The notes beneath the pieces were generated by a model. It ran no database searches, had not been told where the DNA came from, and saw nothing but the letters and a program-made list of their open reading frames with translations. Shown here one piece after another: positions 1 through 9,669 of a DNA stretch of 64,000 nucleotides; the first letter of the stretch is position 1, and each line of letters begins with the position of its first letter. Source of the DNA: an uncultured bacterium (lineage in GTDB: Bacteria > Babelota > Babeliae > Babelales > Vermiphilaceae); the NCBI GenBank assembly GCA_963707655.1, contig OY970172.1, positions 608,001-672,000 on the forward strand, in the 5' to 3' direction. The position numbers and the translations under genes are program-made.

Positions 1-2
1 CG

Positions 3-140
3 GTGCAGCTGGGCAACTTTAGCCTCTATTATGACATCTCGCCAAGCTTGAATTTGGGCTTTTTGGTGCAGTTGCCGTTCCAACAACAAAATGCCTACCG
101 TAGCACCACCGTTATGTTCTCATTATGGTCCACCTTTTAA
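3..140 (+). CDS. 3' end of a gene truncated by the window edge; probable outer-membrane beta-barrel protein
   Basis: Manual translation VQLGNFSLYYDISPSLNLGFLVQLPFQQQNAYRSTTVMFSLWSTF*: alternating hydrophobic strands and a C-terminal Phe (beta-signal). Confidence 0.5.
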   Translation: MQLGNFSLYYDISPSLNLGFLVQLPFQQQNAYRSTTVMFSLWSTF

Positions 141-170
141 AGAATCTGGTCTGACTAAAACGGCGTTTAA

Positions 171-198
171 TTGCTATTTTTGATAGAAAAGATATACT
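171..198 (+). promoter_or_regulatory. Putative sigma70 promoter
   Basis: TTGCTA-16 bp-TATACT upstream of the ORF at 237. Confidence 0.45.
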
Positions 199-236
199 CA
201 TTTTGTATTAAAAATTAAAATAAAAATGGGGTTATC

Positions 237-1211
237 ATGTTTTATTCAGTTGAAAAATTTACCAAGGGCGCTCAAGCCCTCTATCTATTCAGCGATTATC
301 ATCTTCCTACCGCCAAAACAAACGGCAAGGTCAATTTCACGCAAAGAAAAGAATTGATTGCTATGGCACGCAAGATGGGCGCTGCAACCATTGTTGAAGA
401 CGAAATTGGTATTGCGAAACAGCTTTCTTTATTTAACTCGGCAGATTTCATTCGCCCCACAGAGAAACTTTCGTTAGCCGAGCTGGTGAGCGCCAATAAA
501 TTAGGTGGACACACCGCTTTATTAATGCTTTCACACTGGCTTGAACAGGCGCAGCTACCCTACACCAACATTGAGTTCCGCTATGCCCCATGGCGCCCGC
601 TCAATATCACGTTTACTCTCATGGATACGTTGAAGGCAAAAATAAGAGCATATAACGATGGCCATGAACTCAACAGCTATTATCAAAAAAAATTGGCTGA
701 ATTGGAGCAGATAGAAGGCAGCTGCAAGCCACTTTTTGATGAATTCAGAAAGAGCGGATTAACCATACAACAATATGTCCAATCACTTTCTCCCGTCTAT
801 TCTGCCGAATTTGATCCTACACTACAAAAACTACTCGATGAAGCTTCATGGGATTTGGCAAAATTTACCGAAAGAGACAAAGCTTTGACTCTCTTTACTC
901 GCTACTGCGTACTGTTACTTGATATTGAGATTTTGCATGCTATTGCTCAAAGTGAAGATGAAAACATCTTTGTATGCATCGGCGGCCTTCACGCTCTCAA
1001 CATTAAAGAGGGTCTGGCCCTTGCCGGCTTTACCTCAAAAGCAACGATGGGGCAAGAGTTGGGCTTTGATACACTGGCCAATAGATATGCTGAGCCGGCC
1101 GCTTTGCCCATCACGGCATCGGTAAAAAAGCTTAACCCGCAGTATGCGCCATATTCGATTTCTTTAAAAAGAATCTGGGTATCAATGCTTTTATGGTGCT
1201 TGGCTCATTAA
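237..1211 (+). CDS. Hypothetical protein, paralog family A (DYH...ED...NIEFR...DxEILHAI...GxxH; possible EreA/ChaN/TraB-like fold)
   Basis: Shares ordered motifs with ORFs 13831, 34449 and 35725. Confidence 0.7.
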   Translation: MFYSVEKFTKGAQALYLFSDYHLPTAKTNGKVNFTQRKELIAMARKMGAATIVEDEIGIAKQLSLFNSADFIRPTEKLSLAELVSANKLGGHTALLMLSHWLEQAQLPYTNIEFRYAPWRPLNITFTLMDTLKAKIRAYNDGHELNSYYQKKLAELEQIEGSCKPLFDEFRKSGLTIQQYVQSLSPVYSAEFDPTLQKLLDEASWDLAKFTERDKALTLFTRYCVLLLDIEILHAIAQSEDENIFVCIGGLHALNIKEGLALAGFTSKATMGQELGFDTLANRYAEPAALPITASVKKLNPQYAPYSISLKRIWVSMLLWCLAH

Positions 1212-1429
1212 AAATTAGTGGGAGAAAAAAGGCAATCTTCCAAGAAATTTTGGACGACGCCTTCCCAAATCAGTTACGGCGGGCTACTTTCCCCAATTAC
1301 CAGATGAGCGGGATCAGGAATTGTATCGGGAGAAATTGCAAAACCTTAATGAATTCTAGACAATTTACGACAAAATATTTATAATTTAGCTATCAGTAAA
1401 ATTTTATCTATCTAAAGAAAGTGGATTTC

Positions 1430-1636
1430 ATGTCACGCAAAGCAAATATCGCTGTTCATGTTAGCGGAAATATCGAACGCTCACTACGTCAACTCAAGAA
1501 AAAAATTGAACGTGAAGGCGTTGTCCGTGATATGAAACGCGTAGTTTATTTTGAATCCCCAACTCAAAAACGCCGCAAACGTCTTGTTCGTGCTATCAAG
1601 CAAAACTTGGTACGTTTGATCGCTCAAAAAGGCTAA
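1430..1636 (+). CDS. rpsU: 30S ribosomal protein S21
   Basis: NIERSLRQLKKKIEREGVVRDMKRVVYFESPTQKRRKR matches the S21 pattern. Confidence 0.9.
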   Translation: MSRKANIAVHVSGNIERSLRQLKKKIEREGVVRDMKRVVYFESPTQKRRKRLVRAIKQNLVRLIAQKG

Positions 1637-1677
1637 TCTTTTTTACCGGCCCCATGGGCCAGTCAGGTTAATTCCCT

Positions 1678-2049
1678 ATGTCATTTACCGCGTTGCGAGA
1701 CCGCAAAAAGGCTCAAAAAGAATCTCATATGTATCAGGAAATTTCTAAGATCTTTCTCCTGATTACGATGGACGACGAGCGCTTGCGCGATCTTTCAGTA
1801 AGCAGAGTGACTTTATCTCGTGATAAAAGTCACGCAACGGTGTATATGTATACGACCGGTGGTCTTGCTAAGTTTGAAGAAATCCGCCCGACCCTTATTC
1901 TGTACAAGCCATCGATGCGTAAAGCAATTTCTCAAGCGATTCCGGGACGTTACACCCCTGAATTAACCTTCACTTTTGATGAAATTTTTGAAAAACAGCA
2001 AAGAATTCAAGGCCTGATTGATAAGGCATCCACGGAAGAACAATCATAA
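1678..2049 (+). CDS. rbfA: Ribosome-binding factor A
   Basis: DERL..LSVSRVTLSRDKSHATVY and RYTPELTFTFD motifs; 123 aa. Confidence 0.9.
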   Translation: MSFTALRDRKKAQKESHMYQEISKIFLLITMDDERLRDLSVSRVTLSRDKSHATVYMYTTGGLAKFEEIRPTLILYKPSMRKAISQAIPGRYTPELTFTFDEIFEKQQRIQGLIDKASTEEQS

Positions 2050-2057
2050 TATTCTTT

Positions 2058-2795
2058 TTGATTCTTTTCTTTTTGTGCTGGGGCTCATTTTTGAATGTAG
2101 TTGCCTATCGCCTGATGAGAGAAGAAAGCATTATCTTTCCCCGCTCACACTGCCCACACTGCAAACATATGATTGCCTGGTATGATAACATTCCGGTACT
2201 TTCATGGCTGTTGCTTGCCGGCAAATGTCGCCAATGCCGCAGGCCAATTTCTTATCTATACCCTGCAATAGAATGCTTCACTGCACTGAGCATGAGCGCT
2301 CTTTTTTTTAGCGTTCCGCTCCACTACTTTCCTCTTTATTTTCTCTTTTTTTCAGCGCTCATAGTTACCCTGCGTTCTGACCTGGAAACAATGCTTATCT
2401 CCCGATTTGTTACCATTTACCTTATTCCTCTTGGCCCAATAGGCAGCATGCTTGGCCTGCTACCCATAACCATGCGTGAAAGCATGCTTGGTTGCATGCT
2501 TGGCTATGCAATTTTATATTGCACCGCCGCTCTCTTTACCAAATACAGCGGCAAAGAAGGAATTGGTCAGGGCGATTTTGATTTACTGGCCTTTATAGGC
2601 GCCTTTATTGGCCCGTTTGGTGCTTGGTTTACTTTATTAAGTGGATCGCTGATAGGCTCATGCATTGGCATATGCTATTTACTTGTCTGTAAACCGGACA
2701 ATAGACGACTTCCCTTCGGTCCTTTTTTGGCGCTTGGAGCCATGGGATATGTATTGTTTCAACAAAGAATCATTGATTTGTTAGCTATTTTTTAA
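2058..2795 (+). CDS. pilD: Prepilin peptidase (A24)
   Basis: GSFLNVVAYR, SHCPHC, WYDNIPVLSW, GKCRQC, GxGD, LPFGPFL. Confidence 0.93.
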   Translation: MILFFLCWGSFLNVVAYRLMREESIIFPRSHCPHCKHMIAWYDNIPVLSWLLLAGKCRQCRRPISYLYPAIECFTALSMSALFFSVPLHYFPLYFLFFSALIVTLRSDLETMLISRFVTIYLIPLGPIGSMLGLLPITMRESMLGCMLGYAILYCTAALFTKYSGKEGIGQGDFDLLAFIGAFIGPFGAWFTLLSGSLIGSCIGICYLLVCKPDNRRLPFGPFLALGAMGYVLFQQRIIDLLAIF

Positions 2796-3181
2796 GCCAG
2801 ATCATCCTGCACAATCACCATATTGTTATGATGATCAACGGATAAAATATCCATCTGCCCATCACCATCTATATCGCCGGTAGCCAACGCCAAGAAACCG
2901 GTATCACCACCGGAAATCGTGTAGGTGTAATATTTACTATTTTCGTTGTTGCCTTGTCCTTCAGCCTGCCAACCAAGATTGCTCATTGAAGCATAGGAAC
3001 CATGTTCGGCCCAATGTGCTTTTTGTGCGGCGTAAATTGAATTGAGATTAAGATAGGCCTCGGCCCGCTTTGCTTTGGCGAGATACCGGTTAAAGCTGGG
3101 CACCGCTATCATGGCAAGTAAGCCAATAATTGCGACAACCACCATTAATTCGATAAGAGAAAAACCTTTTTTCAAATGCAT
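2792..3181 (-). CDS. Type IV pilin-like protein
   Basis: KKG/FSLIELMVVVAIIGLLAMIAVP class III signal peptide; C-terminal GDIDGDGQMD. Confidence 0.9.
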   Translation of the reverse strand: MHLKKGFSLIELMVVVAIIGLLAMIAVPSFNRYLAKAKRAEAYLNLNSIYAAQKAHWAEHGSYASMSNLGWQAEGQGNNENSKYYTYTISGGDTGFLALATGDIDGDGQMDILSVDHHNNMVIVQDDLA

Positions 3182-3266
3182 AACCGCCCCCCTTTTTTCC
3201 ATCGTCACTCTCTCGCTTGATATCATGGCAAAAAGCAGATACGAAAAGCAAGAGAGTGGATAACGG

Positions 3267-3905
3267 TTACTTTTTTTGTATAGTGATACCAGTCTCTTGT
3301 TCTATGCGCTCAATCGAATAAGCCCCTTCGCGGACAACCCTAATAACTTCCCCCGTGCAATCAAGAATAGTAGAGGGAACGGTAGAGGCTGCCTCGCCCT
3401 GCTCCCCATCATTGATGATATAGGCGACGGAACTTAGAATATCGACGTCAAGAGCCTCTATAGTTGTCGGGACAGGCTGGCCCGATTTATTGGCGCTGGT
3501 TGAAAAGAGAGCCGGCACGTGCTGCAAAAGACTCAAGAGCCCTGCATGATTGGGCATGCGCAAAGCAATGGTCCCTTCTTTGGATTTCATGTAGTCAGGA
3601 ATCGACTTTTTTGCCTTGAAAATAAGGGTTAACGGCGCTGGCCAGCAGTTCATTAATTTTTCTACTTGTAATGAATTATTCTCTGCTAACTCACCTACTG
3701 CGCCCAAATTTCCAACCAGAATTAGGTAGGGCTTTTCTTGTCTTACCTTAACGGAGTTAAGAGCATCAAACCCTGTCTTGTTAAGCGGCGCTAAAAAGCC
3801 GATAACGGTATCGGATGTGCCGACAATCAGGTTATTTTGAGAAAATGCATGAAGCAGTGTGGAAATCGCGTTTTTATGCGTCCAAGTTAAAGTTTTACTT
3901 ATCAT
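3267..3905 (-). CDS. tsaC: L-threonylcarbamoyladenylate synthase (Sua5/YrdC)
   Basis: SDTVIG, KxRxxKP, WPAPLT, IALRMP, STSANKSG, PSTILD, VREGA. Confidence 0.88.
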   Translation of the reverse strand: MISKTLTWTHKNAISTLLHAFSQNNLIVGTSDTVIGFLAPLNKTGFDALNSVKVRQEKPYLILVGNLGAVGELAENNSLQVEKLMNCWPAPLTLIFKAKKSIPDYMKSKEGTIALRMPNHAGLLSLLQHVPALFSTSANKSGQPVPTTIEALDVDILSSVAYIINDGEQGEAASTVPSTILDCTGEVIRVVREGAYSIERIEQETGITIQKK

Positions 3906-3953
3906 TTTATCTTTTGTAAATTAAGCAAAGTCGTTTGATTTATAATTTATTGT

Positions 3954-3981
3954 TTGACAATTTATTAGAATACATTATCCT
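3954..3981 (+). promoter_or_regulatory. Putative sigma70 promoter of the folC-like/atp operon
   Basis: TTGACA-16 bp-TATCCT. Confidence 0.55.
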
Positions 3982-4075
3982 TACAAAATGTCACGCAATT
4001 TAACTCGTTAAAAATTGCATGATATTTACTATAAATCACTAAAAGCATTGTCCCTTATTGTAAGGCGGAGTAAAA

Positions 4076-5476
4076 ATGAAAATAAACAAGCAGGTAGTAA
4101 GTAAAACTACCATGGCGCCGGAAAAACAGCGCAGCTATCATGAAATCGTGGAATTTCTTGATGCTCACTGGCAAACAAACAAGCAAGATACAGCCCTGTC
4201 AAACATCAAGCAGCTTGATAAAGCATTGGGCAACGTATCACAAAAAACAAACGTTATCCTCGTAGCCGGAAGCAATGGGAAAAGTTTAACTATCAACTTT
4301 ACCGCTCCTCTTTTACACGCTGAGGGATTAACGGTCGGCGCATTCTACATGCCTCACCTGCTTACCTACAATGAACGCTTTGCCATAAACAAAGAACACA
4401 TCTCCAATAAAGCTTTTACCGACCTTGGTAATGAAGTTTTAAATGCTGCACAAAATCTTGAACTCGAGTTCAACAGCTTTGAAATATTAACCATGATGGC
4501 TCTTCTGTATTTCCAATCTAACAACGTTGATGTTGCCTTGATGGAAATCAGCACCGCCTACACCGCTCCTGCAATTTGCAACGCAAAAATTACTGCAATT
4601 AGCCGCATCACTACTGATGATGTAACAAAAACTGATACAGCAATAGCTGAGATGCTAGAGCTCGTAAAAGCGGGAACTCGCGTAATATCAGCCGATCAAA
4701 GCAAGTTAAATTTGCAAACCATGCTCAAAATTGTTGAATCAAAAGAGGCTATTTGGGAAATGCCAATTCGTAAATTGGCACAATTAAATTATCCCTTCGA
4801 GCAATTGCATGGCCGCTGCGCTGCATTGGCTGAACGTATAGCACAAATTTATGTGAATACGATTCTTGCGAAAGATTCAATCGTAGTATCCGGCTCATTG
4901 CTGACCAAACAAAAAGGTCAACGTGGCCGCCCTACCCTAGAAGCAAAACGTCAACAAGAATTAAATCCACGCAAAACAATCGAACAATTCTGGAAAGAAA
5001 CAGATGCATCTCTTCCTGCTCGTTTCCAGCTTCTTGACAAAGAAAAGCCTACTATCCTTTTAGACACGGCAAGCAATCTTGATGCGTTTGAAAATCTTCT
5101 CCTTGGTATCCGCTTGCTCTATTATCAACGCCCGTTAAAAGGTCTCACCTTGATCATTGGATGCAACAATCCCGATCTAAACATGACTGATTTTCTCAAA
5201 GCGTTACGCTACTTCTTCAAAAAAACATCGGGACAAGTCATTGTCTGCCCTACACAACCGGTTGCCGCTCAAAACAGTAACCCGTCATGGGATGTTGAAA
5301 AAGTAACTAATGAAATCAAAGGCATGAAAATAAAAGCAAAATCAGCCAAGAATTTCAAAGAAGCCTTTGAAAGCGCTCAAAAATCAGTTGATGAACGCAG
5401 TGGACTAGTAGTGGTAACCGGATCTTCCGCACTGGTCACTGAATACTGGCATTATAAAGACATTAAAAAATTATAA
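4076..5476 (+). CDS. FolC-like Mur-ligase-family protein (divergent)
   Basis: VAGSNGKS P-loop, PHLLTYNERF, FEILTMMALLYF..VDVALME, VVTGS; lacks the usual GLGGRLDATN. Confidence 0.75.
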   Translation: MKINKQVVSKTTMAPEKQRSYHEIVEFLDAHWQTNKQDTALSNIKQLDKALGNVSQKTNVILVAGSNGKSLTINFTAPLLHAEGLTVGAFYMPHLLTYNERFAINKEHISNKAFTDLGNEVLNAAQNLELEFNSFEILTMMALLYFQSNNVDVALMEISTAYTAPAICNAKITAISRITTDDVTKTDTAIAEMLELVKAGTRVISADQSKLNLQTMLKIVESKEAIWEMPIRKLAQLNYPFEQLHGRCAALAERIAQIYVNTILAKDSIVVSGSLLTKQKGQRGRPTLEAKRQQELNPRKTIEQFWKETDASLPARFQLLDKEKPTILLDTASNLDAFENLLLGIRLLYYQRPLKGLTLIIGCNNPDLNMTDFLKALRYFFKKTSGQVIVCPTQPVAAQNSNPSWDVEKVTNEIKGMKIKAKSAKNFKEAFESAQKSVDERSGLVVVTGSSALVTEYWHYKDIKKL

Positions 5477-5480
5477 TGCA

Positions 5481-5804
5481 ATGACGCTTCTCTCTATCTG
5501 CTTATCAGTTATTAGCGGTATCGGAGCGAGCCTAGTTTATAGACTCTTCTTCTTGTTACAGAGAAGAAGAGTCTTTTTCTTGGCAATGCGACAACAAGAC
5601 AATCAAACTTCATTGTCCGACATGAAACGAAACCTATTACTTTCGTTTTTTTTCGCACTCATCCGAATCATATTTCTTGCAATGGTCTTTAGATATCTAT
5701 TGCTATCATCACCAAACCATTTTATAATCGTAGCATTATCTTTTTTTATAACATGGTTAATCCTTATTGTGTTGCATAAGGAAAAATTTGATGCAAGAGA
5801 CTAA
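5481..5804 (+). CDS. ATP synthase accessory membrane protein (AtpI/AtpR-like)
   Basis: Small hydrophobic protein overlapping the atpB start. Confidence 0.6.
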   Translation: MTLLSICLSVISGIGASLVYRLFFLLQRRRVFFLAMRQQDNQTSLSDMKRNLLLSFFFALIRIIFLAMVFRYLLLSSPNHFIIVALSFFITWLILIVLHKEKFDARD

Positions 5805-6534
5805 TTTTTTACAAACTCATACGTGGCAGCCCTTTGCGCGATTTACCACACATCCTTTTTTTACCGTTAATCGCGAGACGATTATAAGTACGTGGATTGT
5901 GCTCGCCCTTCTTTTAGTTATTGGTGCTCTGATATGGTTCGTACTGAGAAGACCAAATGGCATAGCCCGCTATCTTATTTTTTCAGGTGCGCAAGCATTC
6001 ATCGATCTCACCACACAAACATTGGGATCGCTTCAAGCTCATCATTTTTACTTTTGCACCGCTCTTTTTTTATTTATCGCTTTATGTAATTGCATTACCT
6101 TATTGCCCTGGACAGAAGAGCCAACGGCCGATATAAACACGACACTGGCCATGGGGCTTATCTCATTCTTTTATGTTCAATGGTATGCAATCCGAGCGCA
6201 CGGCATAGGTGCCTATTTAAAAGAATATGTCTCCCCCGTGTTTGTTATGTTGCCGCTCCACGTTATCGGTAAGCTTTCTTCAATCATTTCATTGTCATTT
6301 CGTCTGTTCGGTAATATTTTTGGCGGTTCGGTAATTGCGCGCATTTATCTTTCGTTTATTAAGGGCTCATTAATTCTAGAGCCATTGGGAATGCCACTGA
6401 ATATTGCTATCACGCTCTTTTTTGTGCTCTTTGAAGGATTATTACAAGCGTTTGTTTTTTCTATGCTCTCACTCACCTATCTTTCAATTGCAGTATCGCA
6501 TGAAGAAACAACACAAATCGGAGACCTTCCATGA
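5791..6534 (+). CDS. atpB: F0F1 ATP synthase subunit a
   Basis: PTADINTT, ISLSFRLFGNIFGG, FEGLLQAFVFSMLSLTY. Confidence 0.96.
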   Translation: MQETNFLQTHTWQPFARFTTHPFFTVNRETIISTWIVLALLLVIGALIWFVLRRPNGIARYLIFSGAQAFIDLTTQTLGSLQAHHFYFCTALFLFIALCNCITLLPWTEEPTADINTTLAMGLISFFYVQWYAIRAHGIGAYLKEYVSPVFVMLPLHVIGKLSSIISLSFRLFGNIFGGSVIARIYLSFIKGSLILEPLGMPLNIAITLFFVLFEGLLQAFVFSMLSLTYLSIAVSHEETTQIGDLP

Positions 6535-7481
6535 TAGAATGGGCAGAATTTTTGCATTACGGCACCATTGCTCTTTTGGTCTGCATAAGTGCTATTGGCG
6601 TTGGTCTTGGCCAGGGCCTTATCGGCATTGAAGCGCTCAGGGCCATGCATATACAACCGCAAGCATCACTTGATATGATTCGCCTTTGTGTATTGGGTAT
6701 GGCACTTCTTGAATTTGCCGCTATTTCAGGCTTTACTCTTGCGCTGTTTATTTTATTTACCAATCCCAACATAACTTTATATGGAAGCATTGCTGAATTG
6801 GGTGTTGCTGCTGCTCTGGCAATAACCGGTCTAGCCATTGGGTTTGCCTCATATTTTCCCGCAAGCAGCGCATGCAAAGCACTCGCGCGCCAACCATTTT
6901 TTGGCCAACAAATTGTGCGCTTTATGCTTCTCAGCCAATCAACTATTCAAACTCCTCTTGTTTTCAGTTTTATTATTGCCATGTTTATCAAAACACAAAT
7001 TGCTACCGTAACAACGTTGCCCGATGCACTTCGCGTGCTTGCCAGTGGGCTATGCATAGGTGTCGGCAGCATTGGCCCTGCACTGGGCATTGCTCATTTT
7101 GCAAAGATCGCCTGTGAAAGCATTGGCATTAATCGCGCTGCCTATCCAAAGCTACTCTCTTTTACCTTCATCAGTCAGGCAATTATAGAAACACCGGTCC
7201 TTTTTGCCCTACTTATCTCTTTAATACTTTTGGGCACAACGGTGAATGACAATCTTCTTGCAAGCATCGGGCTGTTCAGCGCTGCCATGTGCGCCGCGGT
7301 AGGAACCTTTGGCCCCGGATTCAGCTCGGGAAGAATCGCCGGAGCCGCCTGTAAACAAATTGCAATAGCGCCGGAAAATCATTCTTACCTTGCTCGCATA
7401 AGTATGTTTGGCCAAGGAATGGTTGATACCGGATCAATCTATGCTTTTTTAATCGCAATTTTGTTATATTTCTTTAGGTAA
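6531..7481 (+). CDS. atpE: ATP synthase subunit c, four tandem hairpins fused (316 aa)
   Basis: Four GxGxG-helix/loop/helix units (loops IQP, RQP, INR, IAP); follows atpB. Confidence 0.88.
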   Translation: MIEWAEFLHYGTIALLVCISAIGVGLGQGLIGIEALRAMHIQPQASLDMIRLCVLGMALLEFAAISGFTLALFILFTNPNITLYGSIAELGVAAALAITGLAIGFASYFPASSACKALARQPFFGQQIVRFMLLSQSTIQTPLVFSFIIAMFIKTQIATVTTLPDALRVLASGLCIGVGSIGPALGIAHFAKIACESIGINRAAYPKLLSFTFISQAIIETPVLFALLISLILLGTTVNDNLLASIGLFSAAMCAAVGTFGPGFSSGRIAGAACKQIAIAPENHSYLARISMFGQGMVDTGSIYAFLIAILLYFFR

Positions 7482-7512
7482 AAATAGTGAAGCAAAAAAA
7501 GGAGCAACCCAC

Positions 7513-9669
7513 ATGCATAGCCAAGCACACGTAAGCAAAGAGCATCAGTCTCTTATCAAAAAAATAATCATGATTTTTGGTATCGTTGGATTTTGTTTTT
7601 TTCTTTTTTTTACCACTAATTTTTTTAGGGTAAGACAACAGATCAGTAATGACGCGTATGCGCGCGCGGAACAGAAAAACAAAGCAATAGCTGATTATAT
7701 CTCAAAAAACATTGCGCAACTCAATCCATTGGTCCTTTCGCTCAAGCAACAAATAGAGCGCGATGGAGCCAATCAATCGGCTATTATTGAATATTTACAA
7801 AAAAAACCGGTAGAAGTAAGCGGCTTGGGAGTTATTGTTAATTCACCGTGGTACGCCCCTTATTACGGCGAACATGAAGACAAGCAGGTTTTACAGAATC
7901 TGCCGCAATCAATAATGCATACCGATTGGTATAAGCAGGCAATGGCTGAAAAGAAAGAAATTTCAGGACTTTTTTTTGATGAAGAAACTAACCAGCCAAT
8001 TTTTTATACCATAGCTCCGTTTTACCTCAAGGCAAACCCGCAACAGCCAGCCGGCATTGTTTTTGCCACTCAATCAATGGCACATATACGCCACATTCTC
8101 TCTACGCTTTATACTGATAACACCGGTTACTGTTTTTTACTTGACCAACAAGGTGCTATTCTTGCTCATCCGGAAAACTTTTGGGTACGTACCAAACAAA
8201 CTATCATAGAGCTGGCAAACAAAGTAAACAATCAAAAATTGATCAGCAAAGCAGAATCAGCGCGAAGCAGCGGCTCTTCTTTTATGCATTATCACAATGA
8301 AATGACTGGCGACCGCTCATGGCTTTTTTTCACCAAAATTCCTGCAACCAATTGGCTTCTTGCCAGCGTTGTTGACATGCGCGAGCTACCATTGAGCGGA
8401 GATTTTTTACGCCATAATCTTCTGTTGATTACCATCAGCTTTATTGTGATGCTGCTGTGCGCTCTTTTATTGCTTCCCCCGCTATATAAACATCCCCATC
8501 ACATCCTGCTTTGGATCATCAGCGGAGCGGTCAGCATGCTCTTTGTCTTGGGCATTGCCAGTGCGTGGATTCTTTCTATTCAATTTCCCCGCACTGAAAA
8601 AGATGCTCTTGCTATTGAGAACAAAGCGCAATTATACAAGCTCTTGGATACATTTGAAGAGGCGTACAAAGGAAAACTTGATGAAAAAAATATCGCACCT
8701 GAAAGTAATGATTATGCACAATTGTTGGCATACCGCTATAAAGACAAAAATTATGTACCAACCGGCATTATCATTAATGATATGCAATTTAACCCGCACG
8801 ATCAGATAGAATTTGTTGGCTTTATTTGGCAACGCTATTTTGATGGCATTCATGATTCTGTTGATCGTGGTTTTATTTTGCCTCAGGCAACGCACAAAAC
8901 AACTATTACTGAAATTGGCCGCACCAAACATGAAAAAGCCGAGACAATCATGTGGCAAGTGCAGGCGCAGTTAAATCAAAACTTGAGCTATAGCGCTTTC
9001 CCTTTTGATATAAAAAATATAAAAATTCAGATGCGCCACAAAGATTTTGAAAAAAATATTATTTTAGTACCGGATTTAGATGCGTATAAAATTATAAACC
9101 CTGCCGCACTGCCCGCCATTGGTCAGGATACTCATCTTGACGGTTGGCATCTTTTAAAGAGCTACTTTGATTATGAAATAGAAACCTATTTAACCAACTT
9201 TGGCCTCTACGGCTATGGTCCTTTTGGTATTTATGATGAAGCGCCGCTTTCCCAGGTTCCTGAATTGCGGCTCAATGTAGTGGCTCAGCGCTATTTATTG
9301 GATACAATCTTAACCGACCTTCTCGCCTTATGCGTGATTGCCGTTATTTTATTTGTTTTACTTCTTACCTATTTCTCTGAAAAGAAATTTGAATTTATTC
9401 TAGAAACATGCGCCGCCGCGTTTTTTAGCTCCGTATTTGCGCAAATTCAATTTAGAGCCAAGATTTTTTCACACGAATTTGTTTATTTTGAAATCTTCTA
9501 TTTTACGCTGTATCTCGCCATTATTTTGATTTTGATTACTACGTTGATTCATATGTTTAAAATGAACGTCCCTTTGATCCGCTACGATAGCAACATTATA
9601 ACCAAATTACTGTATTGGCCATTCATTCTGGGAGTTATCTGGAGTGTGACCATGGTGTATTTGTATTGA
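7513..9669 (+). CDS. Cache-domain-fused pentameric ligand-gated ion channel homologue
   Basis: TM, Cache-like region (PYY, DWYKQA, GYCFLLDQQGAILAHP, IPATNWLL), then YSAFPFD Pro-loop, LDGW, pre-M1 R and four C-terminal TMs. Confidence 0.8.
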   Translation: MHSQAHVSKEHQSLIKKIIMIFGIVGFCFFLFFTTNFFRVRQQISNDAYARAEQKNKAIADYISKNIAQLNPLVLSLKQQIERDGANQSAIIEYLQKKPVEVSGLGVIVNSPWYAPYYGEHEDKQVLQNLPQSIMHTDWYKQAMAEKKEISGLFFDEETNQPIFYTIAPFYLKANPQQPAGIVFATQSMAHIRHILSTLYTDNTGYCFLLDQQGAILAHPENFWVRTKQTIIELANKVNNQKLISKAESARSSGSSFMHYHNEMTGDRSWLFFTKIPATNWLLASVVDMRELPLSGDFLRHNLLLITISFIVMLLCALLLLPPLYKHPHHILLWIISGAVSMLFVLGIASAWILSIQFPRTEKDALAIENKAQLYKLLDTFEEAYKGKLDEKNIAPESNDYAQLLAYRYKDKNYVPTGIIINDMQFNPHDQIEFVGFIWQRYFDGIHDSVDRGFILPQATHKTTITEIGRTKHEKAETIMWQVQAQLNQNLSYSAFPFDIKNIKIQMRHKDFEKNIILVPDLDAYKIINPAALPAIGQDTHLDGWHLLKSYFDYEIETYLTNFGLYGYGPFGIYDEAPLSQVPELRLNVVAQRYLLDTILTDLLALCVIAVILFVLLLTYFSEKKFEFILETCAAAFFSSVFAQIQFRAKIFSHEFVYFEIFYFTLYLAIILILITTLIHMFKMNVPLIRYDSNIITKLLYWPFILGVIWSVTMVYLY

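Noticed and set aside
1193..1384. 63-aa ORF or structured RNA upstream of rpsU
   Set aside because: No RBS or recognisable motif, overlaps a promoter-like TAGACA-17-TATAAT, and no convincing long stem
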